A stretch of DNA of 64,000 nucleotides from an uncultured Gammaproteobacteria bacterium (GCA_965231135.1 OZ246419.1:577488-641487), one strand, 5' to 3'. Positions 27,819 to 38,395 are shown, counted from the stretch's first letter. Notes: generated by a model from the sequence alone, not told the origin. A program made the numbers and translations.

Positions 27819-28985
27819 ATGAATATTGACGAAGTATTAACAAGGGGAGTAACAAATATAATTCCAAACAAACAAAAGTTGGAGGAGTTACTAAAATCTG
27901 ATAAGAAATTAAATATTTATTTTGGTGCAGATCCAACCGCAACACATTTACATATCGGTAATGCTGTAGGACTGCGAAAACTTCAGCAATTTGTAGAACT
28001 AGGGCATAACGTTAAATTTTTAATTGGAGACTTTACAGCGTTAATTGGCGATACATCAGACAAAGATACAGAACGGCCTGTTTTGACTTATGAACAAATA
28101 CAGCAGAATTTTAAAGATTATAAAAGGCAGGCTGAAAAGATATTGGATTTTTCAAAAGTAAACGTAGTTTTTAATAGCGAATGGCTTAAAAAACTTTCCT
28201 TTGAAGATATTATTAAACTTTGCCAGCATTTTTCTTTTGGAGAATTTGCAAGCCGGGAACTTGTTGCCAAACGCCTTAAAGAAGGGAAAAAAGTTGGACT
28301 TCATGAAGCACTTTATCCAGTTATGCAAGGCTATGACAGCTGGCATCTTAATACTGATATCCAACTTGGCGGAGCAGACCAAACTTTTAATATGCAGGCG
28401 GGAAGAATTTTACAAAGAGATTTGCGAGAAAAAGAAAGTTTTATTCTTGTGACAGGATATTTGGAAGGAACTGATGGGCGCAAAATGAGCAAATCCTGGG
28501 GAAATGCGATATGGATTGATGATAATCCATATGAAATGTACGGAAAGGTTATGAGTGTTCGCGATGATTTAATTGTTACATATTTAACACTTGCTACAAA
28601 TTTAGCCGATGAGAAAATTGAAGAAAAGAAAAAAAGACTTGCAGATAATGAAAATCCATCTGTAATTAAAAAAGAATTAGCTTTTCAAATTGTAAAAGAA
28701 TTGCATAGTGAAAAAGATGCAAAGGAAGCACAAGAAAAATTTGAAAAGACTTTTCAAAAAAAAGAGCCAGACTACGGAACACCTTTACCAAACCAAGGAA
28801 CAGTTATACAAACAATTGCGCCTTTTACCTCACTTTCAAGTATGTCAGAGGCAAAACGAATGATTAACGCAGGAGCAATTGAAATAAACGGTGAAGTTGT
28901 TAATAACGGAAATTACGAAACAAAAATTGGAGATAAAATTAAAATTGGTAAAAAAGTTTTTGGAACTGTTGTAGATAAAATTTAA
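27819..28985 (+). CDS. tyrS: Tyrosyl-tRNA synthetase
   Basis: GADPTATHLHIGN, QLGGADQ, KMSKS, C-terminal S4-like domain. Confidence 0.97.
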   Translation: MNIDEVLTRGVTNIIPNKQKLEELLKSDKKLNIYFGADPTATHLHIGNAVGLRKLQQFVELGHNVKFLIGDFTALIGDTSDKDTERPVLTYEQIQQNFKDYKRQAEKILDFSKVNVVFNSEWLKKLSFEDIIKLCQHFSFGEFASRELVAKRLKEGKKVGLHEALYPVMQGYDSWHLNTDIQLGGADQTFNMQAGRILQRDLREKESFILVTGYLEGTDGRKMSKSWGNAIWIDDNPYEMYGKVMSVRDDLIVTYLTLATNLADEKIEEKKKRLADNENPSVIKKELAFQIVKELHSEKDAKEAQEKFEKTFQKKEPDYGTPLPNQGTVIQTIAPFTSLSSMSEAKRMINAGAIEINGEVVNNGNYETKIGDKIKIGKKVFGTVVDKI

Positions 28986-28986
28986 T

Positions 28987-29121
28987 ATGGATGATTACAA
29001 AGAATACAAATTAAAAAAGAAAAAACGAAAGAAAATTGTTGTAATTTTAGTTTTAATTGCTGGAATTGGACTTTTATTGACTTCATTCCTTCCATACTTG
29101 CCTTATTTGTTTTTAAGATGA
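28987..29121 (+). CDS. Small single-TM protein (44 aa)
   Basis: MDDYKEYKLKKKKRKKIVVILVLIAGIGLLLTSFLPYLPYLFLR*; starts 1 nt after the tyrS stop; below the ORF-track cutoff. Confidence 0.65.
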   Translation: MDDYKEYKLKKKKRKKIVVILVLIAGIGLLLTSFLPYLPYLFLR

Positions 29122-29143
29122 GGCTGTTATAGAATAGCTCAAA

Positions 29144-29491
29144 ATGCTTGAGTCTCTAAAGGTAACCGAAATTTTGAGAAAAGAATTTTCATATAATTCA
29201 GAAGTTCCTACTGGCGCTATGAGATTATTAGTTGATGGTCAATATTTGGAAGCATTGGGCGAACTTTTACAACAACCAGAATATCAGGGATTAAGAATGG
29301 AAATACTAGCGGAACCAGGTCAACAATTTCTTCATGGAAATTTTATTTCTGTCGTTATCGATAAAGAAAAAAATAAAGGTTATAAATATATACAGATTCG
29401 CACAACCAAAGAAACTGGAGAGAAACACAATGACACTGATGCCTTGTATATAATATTCAGCAAAATAGATGCAAAACTGAAAAGAAAGTAA
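29144..29491 (+). CDS. Hypothetical protein
   Basis: 115-aa ORF with TAGAAT just upstream. Confidence 0.55.
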   Translation: MLESLKVTEILRKEFSYNSEVPTGAMRLLVDGQYLEALGELLQQPEYQGLRMEILAEPGQQFLHGNFISVVIDKEKNKGYKYIQIRTTKETGEKHNDTDALYIIFSKIDAKLKRK

Positions 29492-29518
29492 TTAGGCAAA
29501 GCTTGTTATAATGACTTC

Positions 29519-31501
29519 ATGGATTTAAGAACTGTAAAAGTTGATGAACTTCCTCTTGTTGGTCCTCAATATGCCAAAAAACTCGAGAAGCTTGGAATTT
29601 ACAATTTATGGGATTTGATGCATCATGTCCCTTTTAGATTTCTTGATTTTTCAAAAAGTAGTGCTATTTATAATTTACAAATTGGAGAAACTGCAACTAT
29701 TAAAGGTACTGTTACTAGCTTTGTAAATCAATACACAAAAAAAGGGAAGCCGATGCAGATAGTTACAATTGCTGATGATACAGGAAAAGTAAATGCAATT
29801 TGGTTTAATCAAATTTATCTAGCGAGAACTTTTAAAAAGGGAACAAAAGTAGCGATTGCCGGAGAATTAAATTTTATGGGACGAAACAAAGCAATTGTTG
29901 CTCCAGAATATGAAATTTTAAATGAAGAGGGAAATCAAATTCATACCGGAGGATTAATACCAATTTATAGTGAAACGGCGGGGATTTCTTCAAAATGGCT
30001 AAGGAGACGTATTCATGATGTATGGGAAAAATATGAAAATGATTTGCAAGAATTTTTACCTCAAAATGTTTTAGAAAAATATAATTTAATAGATTTTAAA
30101 ATAGCAGTTGCAAACGTTCATTTCCCAAAAAGTTTAGAAGAGTTTGAAAAAGGGAAAAATAGACTTGCATTTAATGAATTACTTTCGCTTCATAGTGTAA
30201 ATATGGCACGCAAAAAAGAATGGGAAGAAAACAAAATTAAAAAGGTATTAAAAATAAATAAAAATGAAATAAATAAGTTTATTAAAAATTTACCTTTTAA
30301 ATTAACCACTTCACAACAAACAGTAATCGATGAAATTTTAGATGATTTACAAAAAAATATTCCAATGAACCGTTTACTTGAAGGAGATGTTGGTAGCGGA
30401 AAAACAGTTGTTGCTGCAATTGGAATTTATGCAACTTATCTTAATAAAAGAAAAAGTGTTTTGATGGCGCCAACACAAATACTTGCTAATCAACATTTTA
30501 ATACTTTAAAAAGTTTATTTAAAAATACTGAAATCAAAGTCGGGCTTTGGACAGGAAGCGAAAAGACTGCGGAAGAATTTGACGTACTCATCGGGACACA
30601 TGCACTTCTTAATGCTAAAAATAAAATGAGATCTGTAAGTTTTATTGTTATTGATGAACAGCATAAATTTGGAGTAAAACAGAGAGAAAAATTAAATAAC
30701 AAAAGTACTTCTACAAAAGTAGCTCATATATTAACAATGACCGCAACTCCAATCCCAAGGACTGTTGCCTTAACTTTTTTTGGAGATTTATCTTTGTCAG
30801 TCTTAAATGAGTTGCCAAAAGGAAGACAAAAAATTGTAACCTGGGTTGTACCAAAAAACAAGCGAGGTAGCGGATTTAAATGGATTAAAACACAAATTAA
30901 AAATGAAAATATACAAGCATTTGTGGTTTGCCCGCTTATTGACGAAAGCGAAAATTTAATAGAAGTGAGCAAAGCTCGTCCCTTCGGGATAAAAGCTGCA
31001 AATAAAGAATATGAATACTTACAAAAAATGTTTCCAGATTTAAGGATTGGCTTACTTCACGGACGAATGAAGAATCGCGAAAAAGATGAAGCAATTAATG
31101 ATTTTAAAGCTGGGAAAATAAATATTTTGGTAGCAACTCCCGTTGTAGAAGTTGGTATAGATATCCCTAATGCAACAATTATGGTAATTGAGGCAGCTGA
31201 CAGATTTGGACTGGCAAGCCTTCATCAACTTCGCGGACGTGTTGGGAGAGGACAACTAAAATCATATTGCTTATTAATGAGCGAGAATGAAAGCGAAAAA
31301 TCTGGAATTAGACTAAATGCAATGACAAAAACTTCCTCAGGATTTGAACTTGCAGAGCTTGATTTGGCGCTTCGAGGCCCTGGAGAAATTTACGGAAACA
31401 AACAAAGCGGAATACCAGAACTTAAAATTGCAGATTGGAATAATTTACAAATGATCAAAGATGCAAGAGAAGTTGCAGAATTGACGCAATCTAGGCTATA
31501 A
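29519..31501 (+). CDS. recG: ATP-dependent DNA helicase RecG
   Basis: GDVGSGKT, DEQHKFG, MTATPIPRT, LHQLRGRVGR, DLALRGPGE. Confidence 0.97.
   Translation: MDLRTVKVDELPLVGPQYAKKLEKLGIYNLWDLMHHVPFRFLDFSKSSAIYNLQIGETATIKGTVTSFVNQYTKKGKPMQIVTIADDTGKVNAIWFNQIYLARTFKKGTKVAIAGELNFMGRNKAIVAPEYEILNEEGNQIHTGGLIPIYSETAGISSKWLRRRIHDVWEKYENDLQEFLPQNVLEKYNLIDFKIAVANVHFPKSLEEFEKGKNRLAFNELLSLHSVNMARKKEWEENKIKKVLKINKNEINKFIKNLPFKLTTSQQTVIDEILDDLQKNIPMNRLLEGDVGSGKTVVAAIGIYATYLNKRKSVLMAPTQILANQHFNTLKSLFKNTEIKVGLWTGSEKTAEEFDVLIGTHALLNAKNKMRSVSFIVIDEQHKFGVKQREKLNNKSTSTKVAHILTMTATPIPRTVALTFFGDLSLSVLNELPKGRQKIVTWVVPKNKRGSGFKWIKTQIKNENIQAFVVCPLIDESENLIEVSKARPFGIKAANKEYEYLQKMFPDLRIGLLHGRMKNREKDEAINDFKAGKINILVATPVVEVGIDIPNATIMVIEAADRFGLASLHQLRGRVGRGQLKSYCLLMSENESEKSGIRLNAMTKTSSGFELAELDLALRGPGEIYGNKQSGIPELKIADWNNLQMIKDAREVAELTQSRL
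30965..30989 (+). repeat. Family A repeat inside recG
   Basis: GTGAGC-AAA-GCTCGT (compensatory change versus AAGC/GCTT) plus TCCC-TTC-GGGA. Confidence 0.65.
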
Positions 31502-31510
31502 TTGCCTTAT

Positions 31511-31669
31511 ATGACACCGTTACCAAAGAAAAAGCACACAAGAAGCAGAAGCAACCAACGAAGACACAATGCTTATAAAGTTACATTACCATCTTTGGTG
31601 AAATGTAAAAATTGCGGGAAATTAAAATACCCACATAAAGTTTGTCCACATTGTGGAAGTAAAGCTTAA
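31511..31669 (+). CDS. rpmF: 50S ribosomal protein L32 (Zn-ribbon type)
   Basis: MTPLPKKKHTRSRSNQRR..CKNCG..PHKVCPHCG; missing from the ORF track. Confidence 0.95.
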   Translation: MTPLPKKKHTRSRSNQRRHNAYKVTLPSLVKCKNCGKLKYPHKVCPHCGSKA

Positions 31670-31672
31670 TAG

Positions 31673-32023
31673 ATGAAAACTGCGTCTGATCCGAGGCATA
31701 AACTACGTAGAAAAGTTATAAAAGAACTTTTTGCAAATGAATTTCATAGTCAGGATTCTTCGGAAACAACTAAAAGAATTTTACAAAATATTGATGCAAT
31801 TGATTTAAAAATTACTGTTGCTGCTCCTGAATGGCCAATTTCTAAAATAAATAGAGTAGATCTAGCTGTTTTGCAGCTTGCAGTTTGGGAAATTATGGAC
31901 GGCAAAGCTCCTGAGAAAGTAATTGTTGATGAGGCGATAGAACTTGCAAAAGAGTACGGATCCGAAAGTTCACCCGGGTTTGTAAACGGAGTACTGGGAA
32001 CAATCTTGAAAAATGGTAAATAA
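31673..32023 (+). CDS. nusB: Transcription antitermination factor NusB
   Basis: VDLAVLQLAVWE..VIVDEAIELAKEYG..FVNGVL. Confidence 0.93.
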   Translation: MKTASDPRHKLRRKVIKELFANEFHSQDSSETTKRILQNIDAIDLKITVAAPEWPISKINRVDLAVLQLAVWEIMDGKAPEKVIVDEAIELAKEYGSESSPGFVNGVLGTILKNGK

Positions 32024-32684
32024 TTCTGAGGAAATTAAAATCTTATTTAAAAATAAAAGCTTATTTGAGCAGGCCTTGACCCATAAATCTGTCCTTAACG
32101 AAAACCCTGAAGTCCACGAATCAAACGAAAGACTGGAATTTTTAGGTGATGCGATTTTGGAATATGTTGTCACTGATTATTTATATAAAAAACTTCCAGA
32201 TAAAAGTGAAGGGTATCTGACAGCACTTCGAGCAAATATTGTAAATACTGTGAATTTGGCTAGATTTGCACGAAAAATAAACATAGGAGAAAAAATTTAT
32301 TTTTCAAAAGGAGAAGAGGAAAGTGCAAAAGACAAAGATAGCATCTTGGCAGATACAATTGAAGCAATTATTGGCGCAATTTATATTGATCAGGGATTAA
32401 AAATTGCCAATAAGTTTATTTTGGACAATATTTTGTTTGATCTGGATCAGAAACTTGAAGAACCATTAAAAGACGCGAAAAGCACGTTGCAAGAAATACT
32501 TCAGGCACAAAAGAAAGCAATTCCAAAATATAAAACAATAAAAATAACAGGCCCAGATCACGAAAAAGAATTCACAGTAGGAGTCATTGTCGACGGCAAA
32601 GAGATGGGAAGAGGAACTGGCAAAAATAAAAATAAAGCAGAGCAAAAAGCAGCTCAAGTTGCTTTGGAGGCATTAAAAGTTTAA
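32013..32684 (+). CDS. rnc: Ribonuclease III
   Basis: NERLEFLGDA, ADTIEAIIGA, C-terminal dsRBD. Confidence 0.97.
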   Translation: MVNNSEEIKILFKNKSLFEQALTHKSVLNENPEVHESNERLEFLGDAILEYVVTDYLYKKLPDKSEGYLTALRANIVNTVNLARFARKINIGEKIYFSKGEEESAKDKDSILADTIEAIIGAIYIDQGLKIANKFILDNILFDLDQKLEEPLKDAKSTLQEILQAQKKAIPKYKTIKITGPDHEKEFTVGVIVDGKEMGRGTGKNKNKAEQKAAQVALEALKV

Positions 32685-32694
32685 AATACAGCTT

Positions 32695-32913
32695 ATGGTA
32701 CAAATACGCCTTGCAAGAATTAAAACAAAAGGAGAACCTTTTTACAGAGTTGTTGTTGTTGATAGTAAAAAATCAACTCAAGCAGCTCCTCAAGAAGTCC
32801 TTGGATTTTGGAACAAAAGAGAAGGAAAAAAAGAAATAGACAAAAAAGCAATTGAAGCTTGGGTGAAAAAAGGAGCACAAGTAACTCCAGCAGTCGAAAA
32901 ATTAATAGCATAA
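32695..32913 (+). CDS. rpsP: 30S ribosomal protein S16
   Basis: MVQIRLAR..PFYRVVVVDS..W..KGAQ. Confidence 0.95.
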   Translation: MVQIRLARIKTKGEPFYRVVVVDSKKSTQAAPQEVLGFWNKREGKKEIDKKAIEAWVKKGAQVTPAVEKLIA

Positions 32914-32925
32914 GCATAACTTATT

Positions 32926-33159
32926 ATGATTGATTTACTTAAATTTTTAATCTCAAAAATTACCGGAAGTGAAGATTTTACCGTAACCGAAACTACAGAC
33001 GAAAGGGGAGAAGTTTTTGAAGTAAAAGCAGATCCAGCGATAATTGGACTTATTATTGGTAAAGAGGGAAAGACGATTAAAAATATAAGAAGAATTGCCT
33101 CAATAAAAGGAGTTTTTGATAAGAAAAGCGTCAATATTAAAGTTATTGAAAAGGATTAA
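32926..33159 (+). CDS. KH-domain RNA-binding protein (KhpA-like)
   Basis: IGLIIGKEGKTI GxxG loop; follows rpsP. Confidence 0.88.
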   Translation: MIDLLKFLISKITGSEDFTVTETTDERGEVFEVKADPAIIGLIIGKEGKTIKNIRRIASIKGVFDKKSVNIKVIEKD

Positions 33160-33817
33160 TTTTTCCTGTAGGCGAAGCTGAGGAGCTTGAAGTAATAGGA
33201 CTTACAATATTAGGAGTTATCGCAGCTAAGGTCTTTTGCTCGTCAGATGTGAGCATCTCGATTGGTTTATCAATTTGAGGTAATGTGGCAGGAAGAGGAG
33301 CCCAAAAAGAGAAAACGGTGGCAGTTAAGCTATAAACACTTTGAGAATTATCAATTTTTATCTCTCCAAAATGGATTAGCGGCGTTGAATTTTTAATATT
33401 ATTTATAAATGAAACAATTGAAGAATAATCTCCACTCACCTCAAAATCAATTTGTGATGAATTTACTCCTTGTTTTGCTGAATCAGGAAGATTGGTTGCC
33501 TGGATATTAACAATCAATAAATTGAGATTATTTGCTTGCGATTGAATTAATGAGATAGCTGGAAAAATAGAATTTGAAGAAGGCAGGGCGAGCAAGGCAA
33601 TTTGAGATTCATGGGTAGTAGTTTCATTTACAGAGCTAAGAGAATTGAGTTTTTGTTGCAGGGTTTTAAGTGAGTTATTTTCTGAATTTAAATTATTATT
33701 TAAACGATTCATGTTATCGAAAATGATTTTTCCAGAAATTAAAAATAATACAACTAAAATGATTAAGACAAGGATTGGTCCTGCTAAAAGTTTAAGATCT
33801 TTATCTAGGTTTTTCAT
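33143..33817 (-). CDS. pilO: Type IV pilus PilO-like protein
   Basis: TM, coiled coil, V.GDY..I..FI..I; last of the pilM-N-O run. Confidence 0.65.
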   Translation of the reverse strand: MKNLDKDLKLLAGPILVLIILVVLFLISGKIIFDNMNRLNNNLNSENNSLKTLQQKLNSLSSVNETTTHESQIALLALPSSNSIFPAISLIQSQANNLNLLIVNIQATNLPDSAKQGVNSSQIDFEVSGDYSSIVSFINNIKNSTPLIHFGEIKIDNSQSVYSLTATVFSFWAPLPATLPQIDKPIEMLTSDEQKTLAAITPNIVSPITSSSSASPTGKINPFQ

Positions 33818-33820
33818 GAT

Positions 33821-34345
33821 TTATAAAAAGGTAAATCTAATTGTGTAACCACTTTCCGGAAAAAAATTAAAGTCACTTATTGTTAAGCCCTTTAAAGAAA
33901 TGTTTGTAGAAAGAGAACTTAAAAAAGTTGCCATACCTATAGAGTCTGCACTTATCACGGAAAAGGTGTTTCCGACTGCGCCTGCTGTAATATTTTTAAC
34001 TGAAACGTTTGTCGGCAGACTTGCTAAGACTATGCTTGCTGATGAAAAATTATCGTAAATTTGAGAGTCAGAATTAACTATTTGGATTTTATCTGCACGA
34101 TCTTTCAATACAAAAAGAGTATTTTCTGTGTTTTGTAAAGCTTTTATTTTTTGTGTAACAACAGTTTCCTCGTTTACAGTACTTTGCACTCTAGTTGTAA
34201 AAAAAAGAAGAACTATGGTTCCCAGTAAACTAGCGAAAAGGAAAATACTAAAAAAAATAATGATTATTTTTTTAAGATTCGTTGATGCTTTTGCGCTTCC
34301 ACGGCTTGGCGAAAGGTCAAGTGGCAAGAGATTTATTTCCGACAT
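33821..34345 (-). CDS. pilN: Type IV pilus PilN-like protein
   Basis: N-terminal INLLP motif followed by a TM. Confidence 0.75.
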   Translation of the reverse strand: MSEINLLPLDLSPSRGSAKASTNLKKIIIIFFSIFLFASLLGTIVLLFFTTRVQSTVNEETVVTQKIKALQNTENTLFVLKDRADKIQIVNSDSQIYDNFSSASIVLASLPTNVSVKNITAGAVGNTFSVISADSIGMATFLSSLSTNISLKGLTISDFNFFPESGYTIRFTFL

Positions 34346-34346
34346 A

Positions 34347-35363
34347 TCATCCTTCCTTTAAAGCGAGCCCTACAGCTACAGAATAAAGAGGTGCATATGG
34401 ATTTAGACTTTGTTTCGTATTTTCATCGACAACCAGTTTGCTAAACGGATTTGCAATAACAACTTCGCTGCCAATTAATTTTGTGAGAGTTGTATTAATT
34501 TCTGGCAATCCAGCTGTCCCTCCTGAAATTTCTATTAAACTTGGCTGCTCTTCTCCTTCATCTGTTTGGTAAAAATGTACTGCCTTAGAAATGTTTTCAG
34601 TAATGATTCTAAAAACAGGAGAGATAGCGTTTGCAACTTTTCCTTCAAGCTGAGAAGGACTCAGTCCATAAGTTTTTTTATATTCATCAGCCTGTGAGGT
34701 ATTGACCCCAAAATTCTGAGCAACGGCTCTTGTAAAAGCATCTCCTGCTGTAGGAATTGTTCGGGTAAAAACAAGTTTTTCATTTTTAATGATACCAAGG
34801 TTAGTGGATTTTGCACCGAGATCTAGAATAACAATTGTCTGACCAGGAACACTAAGTGCTCTGGTAAGCGCAAGTAATTCTGTTTCTACTCCCACCACAG
34901 TAAGTCCCGCCATTCCTAGAAGTTTGATGTATTTTTCAACTAATGCACGAGGTGCAGCGACTACCAACACGGAAACGAAGGGCGGTTGGGCATTTTCTTT
35001 GCGTTCTAAAACAACATGCTGGAAAATTGCTTCTTTGATCGGTATGGGAATAATCTCTTCTGCTTGCCATTTTACAGCAGAGGCAATTTCTTGATCTGTA
35101 AGAATGGGAAATTTAATGCTTCGAGTAAAAACAAGAGATTCAGGAAGAGAAATATTTACTTGTTTGGATGAAATTTTACTTGCTGCAAATAATCTTTTAA
35201 TTGTATCTGCAACGGTAACATATTCAGAGTTACTCTGAATTCTATCGATGCTTAAATCTTTGACACCAATAATACCAGCAGACTTAAGAACCGGCCTGCC
35301 TCCTTCCGACTTTATTTCAACCGCTTTTATTGTTACTGAACCAATGTCTAATCCTACGCTCAT
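34347..35363 (-). CDS. pilM: Type IV pilus assembly protein PilM
   Basis: GLDIGS..IKAV, LDLGA, SGG.A, AVGLAL actin-like fold. Confidence 0.93.
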   Translation of the reverse strand: MSVGLDIGSVTIKAVEIKSEGGRPVLKSAGIIGVKDLSIDRIQSNSEYVTVADTIKRLFAASKISSKQVNISLPESLVFTRSIKFPILTDQEIASAVKWQAEEIIPIPIKEAIFQHVVLERKENAQPPFVSVLVVAAPRALVEKYIKLLGMAGLTVVGVETELLALTRALSVPGQTIVILDLGAKSTNLGIIKNEKLVFTRTIPTAGDAFTRAVAQNFGVNTSQADEYKKTYGLSPSQLEGKVANAISPVFRIITENISKAVHFYQTDEGEEQPSLIEISGGTAGLPEINTTLTKLIGSEVVIANPFSKLVVDENTKQSLNPYAPLYSVAVGLALKEG

Positions 35364-35367
35364 AATT

Positions 35368-36249
35368 TTATTTTGTTAATGAATTTGGCGAAAAAATTGC
35401 CGCGTCAAAAATTGACGGAATTCCGCCATATGCTTTTTCGACTTGAACTTTTCTTGTTGAACTGTCAACTGTACCTGTTGAATCTACCGTAAAGCCTTGT
35501 GCGGGCAGTGCGGTGTCTGTTTGAATAGCGATAGGCTGAGCATTATTATTATAAAGCATTTTTACTGTAATAAATTGGGGGCCATTACTTGCACTGTAAG
35601 TAGAATTAAAAGTTGCGTTTAAATCAAAACCTTCTAAATATTTAAAGGATGTTGTCCCAATTGTACAAGGGCAAGGATAGGTCGTTCCTGAGCCGTTATA
35701 AAAATTAGTTAATCGTCTTGTAGTATTTGGATCATAAATATTTTTAGCCACTCTAGCTGTGGAATAATCTCCTGGAGTTGCCAGATAATAAACTGTAACT
35801 TCTAAAGCGGGGGCTGTAGATGAGTTTGCATCAGTTGTTGCATCGTTAGGATTACCCCAAAGAATATTAAAATAACGACCCGTGTAACAAGGATTATTTG
35901 CATCGCATACTGTTATGCCGCTATCTGAGTGGGAAACAAGCCAAAAAATAGCTGAATCCTGAGGATAAATATTTGTAGGATAGATAAAAGCGGTGGCCCC
36001 AGCAGCAAGAGAAGTCACGTTTGAAGTAAAAGATGCACCGCCATTTAAATTACCTGTGCTTGCGGAATTTGTTACCAAGGATTCTTGGACACCTGATTCG
36101 GCAGCAGAAAGGGCGCGGATTGATTGTGATTCATCCGTACCAATTTTAATATCCGAAGTTGAAGCGGCAATAATAGATAAAACTACAGTAAGAACAACTG
36201 ACATGCTAAGAAGAACAATTAAAATAGCTTGGCCGGCTTCTCTCTTCAT
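35368..36249 (-). CDS. PilX-like minor pilin
   Basis: GQAILIVLL..ALSAAESG. Confidence 0.75.
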   Translation of the reverse strand: MKREAGQAILIVLLSMSVVLTVVLSIIAASTSDIKIGTDESQSIRALSAAESGVQESLVTNSASTGNLNGGASFTSNVTSLAAGATAFIYPTNIYPQDSAIFWLVSHSDSGITVCDANNPCYTGRYFNILWGNPNDATTDANSSTAPALEVTVYYLATPGDYSTARVAKNIYDPNTTRRLTNFYNGSGTTYPCPCTIGTTSFKYLEGFDLNATFNSTYSASNGPQFITVKMLYNNNAQPIAIQTDTALPAQGFTVDSTGTVDSSTRKVQVEKAYGGIPSIFDAAIFSPNSLTK

Positions 36250-36285
36250 ATCTAAATCTAGTCTATCAATAAAATTTAACCTACG

Positions 36286-36780
36286 TCAATAACTTCTAAG
36301 AGTTATTTGGGTAGTTTCTGTAATTGGGGCGTTTTGGCCTTTTATATCGCTTGCTGTGATATTAATTAAGACTGAAGGCGGGGAGTTTGTGGTACCGTTC
36401 GTGCAGGTGAAAGAACAAGAACTTATAGAAATAGAGCCAGAAGTTAAACTTGCAGATGATGATGCAATATTGGAAACCTGGCCGTTTGAATTAATATCAT
36501 TGCAGCTAAAAGTAACAGGGTTTAAATTCTGGTCTATAAAACTTATTTGTGTTGCTGGTGCACCATTACATGTACTTGTTATTGATTGCGCGCCACGTAT
36601 TTGTCTCTCCATTGAACCTATAGCATAATCTAAATTCTGGCGCACAGAAGAAATTGCCGCTGATTTTGATGTGCCCTTTAAGGTGGAAATTACCGTTTCT
36701 GATACAACAATAGCAAGAACAGAGAAAACAATAATCACAACCATCATTTCGATTAATGTATAACCTTTATTTTTTTTCAT
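36286..36780 (-). CDS. Minor pilin (PilW-like)
   Basis: KGYTLIEMMVV prepilin motif. Confidence 0.85.
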   Translation of the reverse strand: MKKNKGYTLIEMMVVIIVFSVLAIVVSETVISTLKGTSKSAAISSVRQNLDYAIGSMERQIRGAQSITSTCNGAPATQISFIDQNLNPVTFSCNDINSNGQVSNIASSSASLTSGSISISSCSFTCTNGTTNSPPSVLINITASDIKGQNAPITETTQITLRSY

Positions 36781-37956
36781 TTAGTTTCCTGGATTATTAT
36801 ATAAGTATTGGACCTGTGCTGACGAGAGAGCATAATTAAAAATGTGTATATCGTCAAGCGTGCCTTTAAAATAACGTGTCGGAAAACTTGACCAACCAGC
36901 AATTTGTAATGCCACCCCGCTCGTTGAAGAAATAGAAGCATTACTTCCTGTACAAGTTCCTGCTGACTGTGGAGATCCATTGATATAAACGCTTCTTGTG
37001 GCACCGCTTTTGACAATAACTAATTGCTGCCAGGCACCTGCTGTCAGACTAAAAGGATTACTTGACCAGCATTGAAAGCCAGAAGAATTTTTCCAGCCAA
37101 AACTATAGTTAAGACCTGAGCCAGTTTGTTCGATACCAAAGCCGTTTCCAGAAGACTCTTTGCGTAAAATATCACTATTTACTGTCTGGGAAGAAGATGG
37201 ATTAATCCACAAGGAAATGCTTAAATCTCCTGTTAAATTAAGTATTCCAGAATCGGAAACAGAGACATATTGATTTGTTCCATTAAAATTAATCGCGCCG
37301 TTTGAAATACCAGTTGTCCAGGTTGGAGTATTTATTAATGATCCTGTATTTCCGTTTCCGCTGCTATCGCTTACGGTTGTTCCCGAGCCTTCGTTAAATT
37401 TCCAATATGCGATTGGAGCAGGAATGGGGGTTGCGGTTGGTGAAGGGCTCGGTAAAGAAGTCGGAGAGGAGGTAGGAACGGCAGCAAAAGTAGTTTGATT
37501 ATTAGAAAAAACAACAGTTACAGGCACAGTGTGTTTTCCTTGAGCATCTGACCAAGTGGTAGAAACTTCAGCTGTAATTGTGCTGTTGGTGTTTACAGTA
37601 AAGGATGCAGATCTTGTAAAAACTGTTCCAGAAATTAAACTTGAAGAATCACAGGTTCCAGCTTTTTGCCAGTATAGAGAATCAAGACACCAAATTGAAG
37701 AAGTTGTATGTCCAACAAAAGCCGTCCAATTAGCATCGCGTTCTGATTGCAACCATTCTATTGCTTGTTGAGTAAAGCGAGAGGCTTCTGTTTGGTTTCT
37801 AGAGAAGACCGAGGCACGAATTGAAACAGCAGCTAAACTAACAATTGCAATAAGCACCAAAGAGATTAAAGCCATAGCAACAACGACCTCAAAAAAAGAT
37901 TGGCCTTTATCCAGAGGGGACAAACTGTGTTTATTGTATGCTTCCATTTGATCCAA
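36781..37956 (-). CDS. Minor pilin (PilV-like) fused to a LamG/concanavalin-like domain
   Basis: KGQSFFEVVVAM; Pro/Thr linker; AYWKFNEGSG..DSSGNGN..FKGTLDDIHIFNYALS. Confidence 0.85.
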   Translation of the reverse strand: MDQMEAYNKHSLSPLDKGQSFFEVVVAMALISLVLIAIVSLAAVSIRASVFSRNQTEASRFTQQAIEWLQSERDANWTAFVGHTTSSIWCLDSLYWQKAGTCDSSSLISGTVFTRSASFTVNTNSTITAEVSTTWSDAQGKHTVPVTVVFSNNQTTFAAVPTSSPTSLPSPSPTATPIPAPIAYWKFNEGSGTTVSDSSGNGNTGSLINTPTWTTGISNGAINFNGTNQYVSVSDSGILNLTGDLSISLWINPSSSQTVNSDILRKESSGNGFGIEQTGSGLNYSFGWKNSSGFQCWSSNPFSLTAGAWQQLVIVKSGATRSVYINGSPQSAGTCTGSNASISSTSGVALQIAGWSSFPTRYFKGTLDDIHIFNYALSSAQVQYLYNNPGN

Positions 37957-38395
37957 TAGTAATTGTTTTGGCGTTTCCAGTTGATGCTTGTGTAATAACT
38001 ATAGAAGCAGAGTTTCCATCTGGAATATTCGTTCCCTGAGCAAGAGTTTTAAAAATAAGAGGATTAGGAATTGGTGTGTTTAAAGAAATATCACTGGGCA
38101 TATTAACATCCTTTATCTGTATAATGCCGCCGCTGCAGACAGCATCTGTTTCATATTCTGTAGCGCTTATAAAATTGAATTGATAACCATTTAAAGTACC
38201 AGTGCAGGTTGTTGGTTTGTTGCCAGCGATTGCTGCTTCTTGAATAGAACGCAAATCTGTTTGGATGAAAGTTATTGTTTGTAATAAGGCCTGCTGTTTG
38301 GAATAATCCTGAAAAGTAGTAAAGCCGACAGTAAACAAAATGGTCATCACTACAATGACGACTAGAAGTTCAATTAAAGTGTAACCTGCTCTCAT
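37931..38395 (-). CDS. Minor pilin (FimT-like)
   Basis: AGYTLIELLVV. Confidence 0.85.
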   Translation of the reverse strand: MRAGYTLIELLVVIVVMTILFTVGFTTFQDYSKQQALLQTITFIQTDLRSIQEAAIAGNKPTTCTGTLNGYQFNFISATEYETDAVCSGGIIQIKDVNMPSDISLNTPIPNPLIFKTLAQGTNIPDGNSASIVITQASTGNAKTITIGSNGSIQ

